This document shows, one piece after another, positions 26,235 to 36,647 of a DNA stretch of 64,000 nt. The notes under the pieces are model-generated. The model did no database searches and was not told where the DNA came from. It was given only the letters and a program-made list of their open reading frames with translations. Each line of letters starts with the position of its first letter. Position 1 is the first letter of the stretch. Location: contig NC_068999.1 in assembly GCF_001194135.2 (NCBI RefSeq), positions 48,468,594 through 48,532,593 on the forward strand, read 5' to 3'. The DNA comes from Octopus bimaculoides (Eukaryota). The position numbers were made by a program, and so were the translations under genes.

Positions 26235-28876
26235 NNNNNNNNNNNNNNNNNNNNNNNNNNNNNNNNNNNNNNNNNNNNNNNNNNNNNNNNNNNNNNNNNN
26301 NNNNNNNNNNNNNNNNNNNNNNNNNNNNNNNNNNNNNNNNNNNNNNNNNNNNNNNNNNNNNNNNNNNNNNNNNNNNNNNNNNNNNNNNNNNNNNNNNNNN
26401 NNNNNNNNNNNNNNNNNNNNNNNNNNNNNNNNNNNNNNNNNNNNNNNNNNNNNNNNNNNNNNNNNNNNNNNNNNNNNNNNNNNNNNNNNNNNNNNNNNNN
26501 NNNNNNNNNNNNNNNNNNNNNNNNNNNNNNNNNNNNNNNNNNNNNNNNNNNNNNNNNNNNNNNNNNNNNNNNNNNNNNNNNNNNNNNNNNNNNNNNNNNN
26601 NNNNNNNNNNNNNNNNNNNNNNNNNNNNNNNNNNNNNNNNNNNNNNNNNNNNNNNNNNNNNNNNNNNNNNNNNNNNNNNNNNNNNNNNNNNNNNNNNNNN
26701 NNNNNNNNNNNNNNNNNNNNNNNNNNNNNNNNNNNNNNNNNNNNNNNNNNNNNNNNNNNNNNNNNNTTTTTCAATCTACGTAGGGAAATATGGAAATTAA
26801 GAATATGGTGGGCGGGGAAACAGAAATTTTAATTTCAAATTTTTTATGAAAAACTCTAAAATTGATCCACACTGCATCCCGCTGTCTAAAAGTGAAAACG
26901 AACGGCTGTTTAGTCCGTTCCCGCATGCGTAAATTTATAGTAAAACAGCAAAAGAACCACGGCATGTAAAGCCCTCACTCGATATGCTAAAAATAACAGC
27001 TAAATGTTCGGAGAATTTTTGTGCTTGTGGGTGCGCGCGTGCAACAGTTTCTACAGCTTATCCGAATGAACAGAGAAAGAAGTACACAAAAGAAATCGGC
27101 AAGGTCAGTTGGGGGTGGGGTGACTGTCCTCCAGTTCCACCCTATGAAGTTCCTTAATAGACTCTGTTTGGAGATTTTCCTGTATTAGGAAGAAAACATC
27201 GTCCATGAGTTCATATATTTTGCATACATGGTATGTTTTATTTAATTGTTTTTCACCTCTTCCTTTCTTCCCCCTCATCTTTTTCCACAAATTGTAAACT
27301 GTCTTCTCATCGGATGCTTCAATACTTTAATATTGCTTATTTTATCGACCCCTGGGTAGATAAGCGAAAGTTAAAGACGAGATTTTAACTCAAAACGACG
27401 AAAATATATCACAAGGAATTTAACCCGTCTCTCTCGCAATCTTGTCATTAACCGCCATTGTAATCCTTATGTTAATGGAGCGTGTACAAGTACCACGGAG
27501 TTTGGTCGGGTGGTAAAATGTAAGAGGACGAGTGCTTCTTATATTGAAGGGACGTGCGGCCCATGAAAAGAAAATTGTCAGAGGTAAGTGCTCCATTTCA
27601 AAGATATGATAAATTAAAATTGTAAAGTAAGAGGTTAATAGCCTCAATTTGTAAATTTATGTAAACATTTATAAAAAAGCAATGTTATAGAGAAGCAAAG
27701 TTCGGCGGGCGGCTTCTGTCTTCTCCCATTGATATTATCACGTTCATCATTCATCTCATTTCATTAATGTGTTTGTCCAGCCCGCAGCTACTCCTCTGTG
27801 TACTGCCTTTATGGCAAATAAAATGAAATAAAGTATATCTAAATATGCAACCGTAAACGACCAGCCCTTTCTTTCACCATCTACAACATTCTCAGTAAGT
27901 AGCTTGTACCTCTCCTTAGAGAAGTGTAGGTGAGAGACGGGATTTGATAGTTTTCTGGCAGTTGAGAGTATTGTCTGGTCTGTCTGCTGTACCTAACAAT
28001 ATTCCCTCAGTATTCCTTCCCCATGTTAGGTGATATCAGTGTATGTCAACGGATTACTTGCATTCCTCCGGAGTCATACCAGAAGTCACAGCCCCTCAGG
28101 GATACATGGTAAACTCACCAGCAAGGGGATTAGAATGCAAAACGCTATACGGATTCTGCCAGAACTACCTTTGAGTAGATGATTAACACATACATATCTT
28201 TTCTTTCTTAGATAAGAAATCGGAAAATAAAAATGAAAGCTCCGTCTTATTTGGCACATTGATCTCGTAAGATTAAAATGTTCAAAGAACCAATCCCTAT
28301 AGATAAACAACAGATCAACGGTCGCTTTCTTCGATAAGTATTTCAGTAATTCGATCAAGAAAATTACTCTATCTGCTCATTGAATGGTACTATCATTGTG
28401 ATAAGATTGGTCTTTTGAATTATCGGTACAACTCATCTTTACCTATAATTCAGACTTTCTGCCGTTTCAACCTATTCAATTTCACTCACTATCTGAAGTT
28501 GTTGGGTAGAAAACACTTGCTCAAGATCCCAAACCCGTGCTCTTGTGATTACGAGGCGAATTTTTAAAAATTTAATCATGTGCCATCAACTTGTGTTTAG
28601 TCTTAGCCTCAGGTCAGCTCTGATTGATTATACCTATGATCACAGACATTCCAGCAGTGACTGTCCCGTTTTTTTTTTCCATACATCTAAGCATTTCATT
28701 ATTCAATGTTATATTTCTTTAAAAACAAAAGGAAAACTTGGGGTGTATTTTGGAGAAGATTTGGCTTCTATTTCTAGCAGATCGAGCGACCATATAGAAG
28801 CTCCTTTGTCTCGTAGTTATCTCCTCCTGATCTTCGACGCGACTTTCAATTGTCAAATGAAAATATTGTAGTCAAA

Positions 28877-29617
28877 ATGATGACATCCTTCACACCATCT
28901 AGAAGATCAGAACTTATATATTTTTTCGCGTTTGCTTTCGTATCACTAACATCTCTACATGAAACTGAAGGAGAAAGAATATTACTGAAGGATGTGAAAG
29001 TTATTTCTTTGTACCAAAACCAAATGACTACTGCAAGAAGATTGACACCAGTTCCTCAATTGAAATGTATTGGAGGATCAGCTGGTTGTCAAGCTTTCGT
29101 GCCAAAACAAGTCCATTGCTACAACAAAGGCTTGGATGGCGACAATATCCTATGGGATTGTAAAACAAACATGGATAAAAAATATCGTTTCGGACACCTC
29201 GCTATATCCTGTGAAGGCTTCGATTATTCCGATGATCCTTATATATTAGCTCACTCTTGTGGTCTAGAATATACTATAAATAACGGCGTTGAGAACAATC
29301 ATCGGGAATATGAAGATTCTCGATCAGATCCAGTATTCGATTTCTTCTGTATTATTTTGTTTGTGTTATTAGCTAAAATGATTTACAGTTGGCAACCGAA
29401 TATCTTTTCCACGTCGAAAAATAATAGTTCAAATATAGATAAACAACATACGAATACTCCAAAACCACCGCTCATCGCAGCACCTTCAGCAACGAATACA
29501 GTTCAACCGCCTCTGCAACATTTTCGTAATTTTAGAATTCGCCCCCATCAAATTTTGTCTTGTGTGATCAGACCCACCAAACAAGGCATGAATCGAAACC
29601 CCAGACCTGATGCGTAA
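28877..29617 (+). CDS. SARAF: SARAF/TMEM66-like single-pass membrane protein, intronless, shortened cytosolic tail (246 aa)
   Basis: Signal peptide, then RILLKDVKVISLY...TTARRLTPVPQLKCIGGSAGC...CYNKG.DG...W.CK....YRFG...SCEGFDY.DDPYIL..SCGLEY (six luminal Cys of the SARAF fold), a TM helix and a Pro-rich tail. The ORF track starts at TTG 28850; the first ATG is 28877. AATAAA at 29653. Confidence 0.9.
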   Translation: MMTSFTPSRRSELIYFFAFAFVSLTSLHETEGERILLKDVKVISLYQNQMTTARRLTPVPQLKCIGGSAGCQAFVPKQVHCYNKGLDGDNILWDCKTNMDKKYRFGHLAISCEGFDYSDDPYILAHSCGLEYTINNGVENNHREYEDSRSDPVFDFFCIILFVLLAKMIYSWQPNIFSTSKNNSSNIDKQHTNTPKPPLIAAPSATNTVQPPLQHFRNFRIRPHQILSCVIRPTKQGMNRNPRPDA

Positions 29618-31568
29618 CCAAAGCAATTGATAAACAATCGAACTGCGAGGAAAATAAAAAATGCTTTCGTTTAACTATGAAACTTTGCTATTTTTCCTAT
29701 AGATTTATTTATTTTTTGCTCTATTTTCTCGTTTACCTTGTATCGAATTTTCAAACAAAATAGTTTAGCTATTTTCTTTTTATTCCGTTGTAATATCGTC
29801 TTTATTCATTGAAAAATAACTTTAGTTTGCTTATTATTTTGATATGGACGCCTCGTTCATTTTAATTTCAATCGAAAGTTCAGCGTTGATGTGACAGAAC
29901 AAACCCCTAACTGTTGGTAAGCCCTTATTGGGCGATCCTTCAATATTGGCCTACAGTGTGTCGGTATGAGGAGACGACGTCATTCACTCTCTTTTTCAGC
30001 CTAGCCTCTTTTGTCTATGCCATGAAGGAAAGTTGTATGGGTGAATGATGTCGTGTACCAATACCGAAGGATTGCCCTTTATTGTATTATGGATTGAGTA
30101 ATAGATGCGCTGGTTTATTTTATGCAGAAGGGCAGGTCATTGCTTGTAACTTTGGATGAACGACTATGAATATAAATCTTGTTGAAAGTGGATAAATTTA
30201 AGGGATGAATCTTTCGAACTTTGTACATATAATAGGATAAAAGGAAACAATGGTAGTTTCTGTTTCCAAATTATCCTGGATTGCTAGCGACGGGCATAAT
30301 TACGCGCGCGCGTGCACATACAGGTGTGTCTGAGGTATGGGCAACTGTTTTCGAGAAGCGGCCCGCATGAGACATGGTTCTTCGCGAGGCGGGCCGCATG
30401 TTACCCATGATACATACATACATACATGCGTGTGTATAGATATGTTTGTATGTTTTCTTTAATTGGGTCCTCAACTCTTAACAGGGTCGTCGGGGAGCCG
30501 TCATGATATATCATGCGTGTCTTTAGGAATCTTAGTCGACAGTCGGTAGAGCGTCGACTAGAATGTTTTGCGGTATTCATTTCGCCAGTCGTGAGTTCGA
30601 ATCATGCTACCGTCAACCTTACCTATGATGCATTATAGGTCGATAAATAAAACGCCAGTCAAGTACTGGGGCGGAATCCTGGAATAGTTTTCACCACTTC
30701 ATGGGGAAGGAAAATGGCAATGGATTATAGTTTTTTCTCCCTTCATTTCTGATAGTTTTTCTGTATATCGTACAATGAAAATTATGATTCTGAATGAATT
30801 ATTTTTTCAAAGTAATTTCAATTTTTTAAACATTTCCCCTCTTAACCTGTGTCCTTTTCTTTCTCTGAGGCAGTGATAGCTATTCTAAAACATCTCTCCT
30901 CCTCCTTCTCATCCATCATCTTCTTCACCTCCTCCTCACTCTCATACAGGTTCAAAATGTCCAAGCGAGACTTGAACTCAGAGCGCCGTAACGAATCTCG
31001 CAAAGCATTCTAGCCGACGCTCTGTGATCCCATTGGTTGAAGACCAAAGGATATATATATATATATATATATACATATATTCGTGCAAGGTAGATAATAC
31101 TTTGCACTTCACTCAAACCAATATATAGGTGCGGCTCGCGAGGGTGCCTGACCGTTCCAACGACTCTTTCTTTTTCACTTTATCGACTTAGCCTCAATCA
31201 AAACAATCCTCGCCTATCCTTTTGTCAAGGACTAAGTCGATAAAGTGGAAAGAAAAATAATTTTCTTGTTAATATTTTCTTATTATTTATCAAATTATGT
31301 CTTAAATCTGATCACAGCATCCTAGGAGAGTGAAAGGTGAAGTTAACCTCGGATGTATTTGAACTTAGAACGTAAGGAGTGGGAACAAATAAATACCTCG
31401 TTGTAATTTGTCCGACGCTCTGACGTTTTTGCCACTTCGCTTGATCTCATTTCGCTGATTTATTACATCACTATATTGTCAGCAGTTCCTCACGTTATGT
31501 CCTTTGATAACGATAGCAACGCTAAATCAATACACTAATTTTCGAAGTTTACGTTTAGGGGACTTGAA

Positions 31569-32060
31569 ATGTCTCCAATGAGAACTATCTATTTTGTTTG
31601 TTTCCTAGTTTTGGCTCCTCTACATAAAAATGAAGGGGAGAAAATTTTTTCGGAGGTAGATAGTTCGTTGAATTTTAAACAAGAGGCTGCTGTAAATAAA
31701 TCGTCACAAAATACATGTGCAAATCGTTTCCCAGAATCGGCTGGTAGTAACGATTTCGTTACTCAAACTCCTAAATTTATTAAACAACATCAACATGAGC
31801 AAAACAAGAACCAGCAACATATGGTTGTAAATGCTATATCAGATGAAAATCAGAATAACAAAAAGACTCCCGATAATTCAGAACGCGCTGGCAACAATAT
31901 GAACAAAGTATACGCCATTAAATATAGTAATAATCGGCAGTTGCATTTCAAAAACTTCTTGATCTGTTTTGATTATGCAGTTATATGGCTGTTTTTGTTT
32001 ATTGCCATATATGTCGCATATTCTACTTACACCGAAAGGAATCAGATGTACTTTTTTTAA
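31569..32060 (+). CDS. Uncharacterised 163-aa type I membrane protein, probable divergent tandem paralogue of the adjacent SARAF-like gene
   Basis: ATG-initiated intact ORF with a hydrophobic N-terminus ending LHKNEGEKI (neighbour LHETEGERI), a polar N/Q/K-rich middle, TM FDYAVIWLFLFIAIYVAYS (neighbour FDFFCIILFVLLAKMIYS) and AATAAA 13 nt after the stop (32073). Confidence 0.7.
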   Translation: MSPMRTIYFVCFLVLAPLHKNEGEKIFSEVDSSLNFKQEAAVNKSSQNTCANRFPESAGSNDFVTQTPKFIKQHQHEQNKNQQHMVVNAISDENQNNKKTPDNSERAGNNMNKVYAIKYSNNRQLHFKNFLICFDYAVIWLFLFIAIYVAYSTYTERNQMYFF

Positions 32061-32449
32061 GTCACTGAGAAGAATAAATATTAATCTTGCATCCCGTTGC
32101 AGTTCATCCTTCTTATTTCATCAATAACACAGGCCAACAAAAAGAAAAGAAAAAGGAAAAAGTTTTCTGTTGTCAAAATATTTGAGCCTGAACTAAAAAG
32201 GTATTTTGACACACAAAATCCGAAAATGATATCCGTTTATTACCACCACGTCAGGGTTTTATGATTCTGGATCCATAGAATTTCATTGTTTTTTGTTTGT
32301 TTTTGTTTTTGTTTTTTTTTAATAAAACAGCTTGTGAGGAACAAGGCATAACATACAAACATACATTGAAATTGGTTTTTCTTCAAACCCAGAATGTTTT
32401 CTTAAAATTCTACCGAAAAACTAGTAAAACTCTTAAAATTTCTGCAGAC

Positions 32450-33160
32450 CAATTACATTATTGTCTATGCCTACGAATTTGCGTGTGGAGGATTTTCATG
32501 AGGGCTGGACCTCAGGAAGATCACGAGCCATGTTCCAGCAGTGGTCCGCCATCATTTGCAAGTCATATCTGCCTTCATATGTTCATATAATTCCATGTTC
32601 TGATGGAAACGTTCTTATTGCTTGTCACTTGTGTCACCGAGATTTCCAAGGAATTTAACAAGGTGACTTTGGAGATAGTGCAGCATTATGCTCATATTTG
32701 CTCCCAACTTTTGGGGATTGCTGGTTGCGTTCTTGTTGTCTAGCAAGTAATTTATAAGTATAACAAATGAATTCTATATTTCAATGCAATTCATTAAATT
32801 TACAAAGTTCCCATCTTTCATCAATTTTCTGATTTGAGGCCCATAAAATACTCTAACTTTTATGATTTCACTGCTAAGACCTGAAAATGTCTTGATCCAG
32901 AACTTTAACAAACTGCTTCATAATGCCAAGTTTGATATGAAGAGGAGGTAGGATAATTTTTTCCTGGTTGAGCTAAAGGTTCCCAACCACATAAAAAGAC
33001 CTGGAACCAATGTTTGCTGCAACCATTCTTTGACCACCCAATGTTTTCCCCTGGCTCTGCTCTCCCCACATACATAAAAAGGATGGATATTTGGTATATC
33101 CACTTTGTTGCCTCAGGAGAAAATTGCCCATCTTAAAGTCCACGCATATCATCCACTAAT
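32450..33160 (-). mobile_element. Degenerate DNA-transposon transposase (CMC/Chapaev-3-like; family call tentative)
   Basis: Hand translation gives WMICVDFKMGNFLL.QQSGYTKYP.FLCMW, KIILPPLHIKLGIMKQFVKVL, FYGPQIRKLMKD, LGANMSIMLHYLQSHL..F.GNLGDTSDKQ*ERFHQ and MMADHCW, with stops and frameshifts. Confidence 0.78.
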
Positions 33161-36100
33161 GATTTGTGGTGGGGTTATCTTGAAATCTAGACGAGATGGT
33201 AAACAACATTCTATTTCTGGATTCAGCAAATCAAAAATCTCCCACTTCAAATCCGGTAAAAACGTCCTGACAACAAGATAGCCTGGTCAGTGGCATGGAT
33301 ATGTGAAAGTCGGCTATGATTTCACTTCATAATATTATTATAGCGTTAAAATTTAAGTGAAATCCATTAATAAGTTTGTGTAACGAATATGTATGAAATA
33401 CATTTTTACACAGCAACAATTATTACATCTTGTATTAACAGTGGTTCGCTATCTTTCTGGATTTGAATTATATAAATGTTGCTGGTTGAGGAAAGGGATG
33501 TAACATTTTCTAATTGTATTGTCTTCAATTATGATTCGATTCGCATCATCTAGGATACGTTATAAGAATTATTATACGACTCAAGTACTTGGTACTTTAT
33601 ATTTTGACTTGCCTAGTCGTAGGGACGCCATTACGACATACTGCGATCCTTAGGCCTTTTTAGGCCTGACGGAACCCGTTCTTCTCCAGTTGTGAACCCA
33701 ACCGGTTTCTTTCAGAGAGAAAGGGGAGAGAAAGAGAAAGAAGAAGAGAGAGGGGAGAGAGAGAGAGAGAGAGATGTTCACTTCTGACATATCTAGCACA
33801 AACGAACATTTTTTAAAATATAGCTCTGAGAGTTACTGAATTAGTAGAAGCAGTACACAGCCACACTTTGGCTGTATTCATTTCTAACCTTCTAAAAAAC
33901 TGAGTTCAAATATGACCTCAGTCTATCTTTGCCTTTCATACATTTCAAATTTGGGGACAAAGTCAGCAAATTCGGGGAAGATGGGAAGTCGATTACATCG
34001 ACCCCAGTGTTCAACTGGTACCTGTGTTATCGATCCCGAAAGGATTCTCTCTTATTGTTATAAGTCTAACAGAAAGGCTTTCTGTCCTTCATAATCAGTC
34101 TCATTGCTTTTGTTTCTGCACCCACGACGGCGAACAGCTCCAGAAATGTCATGCGGTCTGGTAGAATCATTAGGGCTTGAGGACTTGAAAATCTATGATG
34201 ACCCATCTTGACCGCATATGGTTTCTCTTTACCTTCAGGCTGACCACTTACCCGTATTGCAGCATTGACCCCTTGCACGATACCGAGCCAGGGTTTTAAT
34301 GTCGTTGTCAATACTCCTGGCTGCCCTCCCTGTTTTGCTCTAACCCTTATACTGTGGCACAAGTCTTTGTATAGCTGTTTAACATACTGATTGCACCTGG
34401 CACTGCTTCGACCTCAGTTTTGAAGAACAAGGTTCAAATCCCCCTATATTCTGCTGCGATTGGCGGAAACAACATTCTTCCATATTTTTTTTCTTTTATT
34501 TGTTTCAGTCCTTAGACTTCGCCCATGCTGGGGCATCGCCATGTGGGATTTTTAGTCGAACGAATCAACCCCGGTGCTTATTTTTTAAGCAGTTCATAGC
34601 AGTTCTTTTGCCGACCCGCTATGTTACGGGAACATAAACACACCACCACCGGTTGTCAAGCGGTGATGAAGTAGACACACGCGCGTCCCTGGCCACATAC
34701 ATACATATAAACAAAATAAAAAATAATATATATATAATATTATGTTTGTTTATGGCCGGTCAAATAGTGACCATTCGTTCCACACCTATAAAGCGCTAAG
34801 CTGTATAGGCAACTCTTCAGACTCAAATGGTCGATGATACATAACGTCTTTCTTTAAATGTAGAAAACGCCAGGGTTACTTGGTAAACAAAAGTACATAT
34901 AAACAATATGGTCGAGCTTGGTTGCCATGGGAGGTACGGGGTTACCTCCCCTACATCACCTTCGCTTGTGATTATATTCTTAAGCTACGTGTGTTATGTC
35001 TTAAAATCCAACATCTCGGATTCGACTGCGGTGGTGTTCTAAGATGCTGTTGTTGCTGCTTTATTCGATATCTGTGGAGTTCGAAGCTTGCAGGATCGGC
35101 TTCGGCTGTGGTGAGGAAAGGGATGTAATATTTTCTAATTGTATTGTCTGAAATACCTCTATCCTGAATCTTGTATTGAGTTGACGAAGTAGCGCCACTG
35201 TAGAGAAGAGCTATGAGTTATCTCCCTTCATTTTGTTAATAAATAAGAGCAGTCTCCATGACGCTAAAGCGTTTTGTCAAAGATAACTGGAGGAAGCGAT
35301 CAATATGGGAGTTTGATCGGCTGGGGTGATCAGGTTACACATGCCAGCCCTTTGAAAACACCACCGCCATCATTGAACCCCTCTTTGCCCATGGGTTAGG
35401 GACCCTTCCAGCAAGGAAAATAGAATGACCAAAAGGGCTCCCGATTCTCTTTGTCCAACCCATGTATTCGTATTCCTTCTAAATTATACTTCTATTTATA
35501 CGAGTACATTCCAATATATGATGAATGATCTCTGTTGTTATTATTAAACGCTTTTGTATTGCTCTGAATTATATTGTATTAGATTCTTGCCTCTTTTATA
35601 GCTCTTGTAGGAAAAATAATGAAGGAATTATCGTGGTTGTTTCCTTTCACCTTGTGTGATGTGAATGACAGTAGATCTTTTCTTTTCTTTCCTCATTTCG
35701 GGCTGTACATCTTAATTCAATTAATAAATGCAACACGGGGAAATAAATAAATAAATACATAAATAAATAAACAAATAAATAGGTTTAAAAAAAAATAGGA
35801 AGAATAGATAAAAGACAAAAGATAACAACAAGAACAAAAAAACAGACCCATCTTTTATCTCACTGCATCACAATTTGCAGGTTGAAGAATTTTTTTTGTT
35901 TGTTTCTTTTTAAATGAGCAAATACAAAGAAATATAATCAATATTCAAGCAATTGTTGTTGTTGTTATTGTTGCATTGTATTTCTTTTACTTGTTTATTT
36001 GTTCTTTTTTTATATTTCAGAATTTTTGTTGGCTTTTTTTTTTTTTTTAATCATTCTTTGGTTTTGCTTAAAAGTTAATTATAATAATCTTTTTTAATTC

Positions 36101-36611
36101 TGGGATTTCTGAACATAGTTTTGTTTTTTATTTTTTATTTTTTAATTTTTTTTTCATAGTAAATAGTTTTGCATGAGAAAGGATGAAAGTAGAAGCCATC
36201 CAAGGGAGTCTCGTGCATTGGCTGGAAATTCAGCTCAAAACCATTTTCATACCAGATTATAGCACTTTTACCACAGAACCACCAAATCATTCATGTTATA
36301 TAGGTGCTTAGCATAACGTGTCATCATGAAATATTTGTTTGTTTGTTTGTTTGTTGGTTTGTTTTTTGAAATTTTTTTTTAATATTTTTCAATTTTTTTT
36401 TTTCTCCATTTTTTAAAAATATTTTATGCCCAGTTTTCCTCTTCATTATAGTTACATCATCGGTAATTTAATTAAATCAATTAGTTTATTAATTAATTAA
36501 TTAAACTGTACCAAAGAGCAATTCCTTTTTATTCTTTCCTTCACAAATTAATAGGTCCTGCAATATATTTTGAAATATAATGGTTATACACATAGAATGT
36601 ATTAAGATATA

Positions 36612-36647
<36 letters not shown>

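Noticed and set aside
30000-30260. Faint Helitron-helicase-like 'KGQSF...QL' on the minus strand
   Set aside because: Too few conserved residues, with stops; indistinguishable from chance.
34066-34362. 98-aa minus-strand ORF (also 45560-45900 and 59950-60130) faintly like RTE-LINE C-termini
   Set aside because: Only weak motif echoes; probably decayed LINE ends, not supportable as genes or a confident family call.
36171-36220. Stem-loop TGCATGAGA...TCTCGTGCA with ATGA/AAA/GA, SECIS-like
   Set aside because: Helix II does not pair next to the putative quartet, no selenoprotein is nearby, and it is too short for a pre-miRNA.
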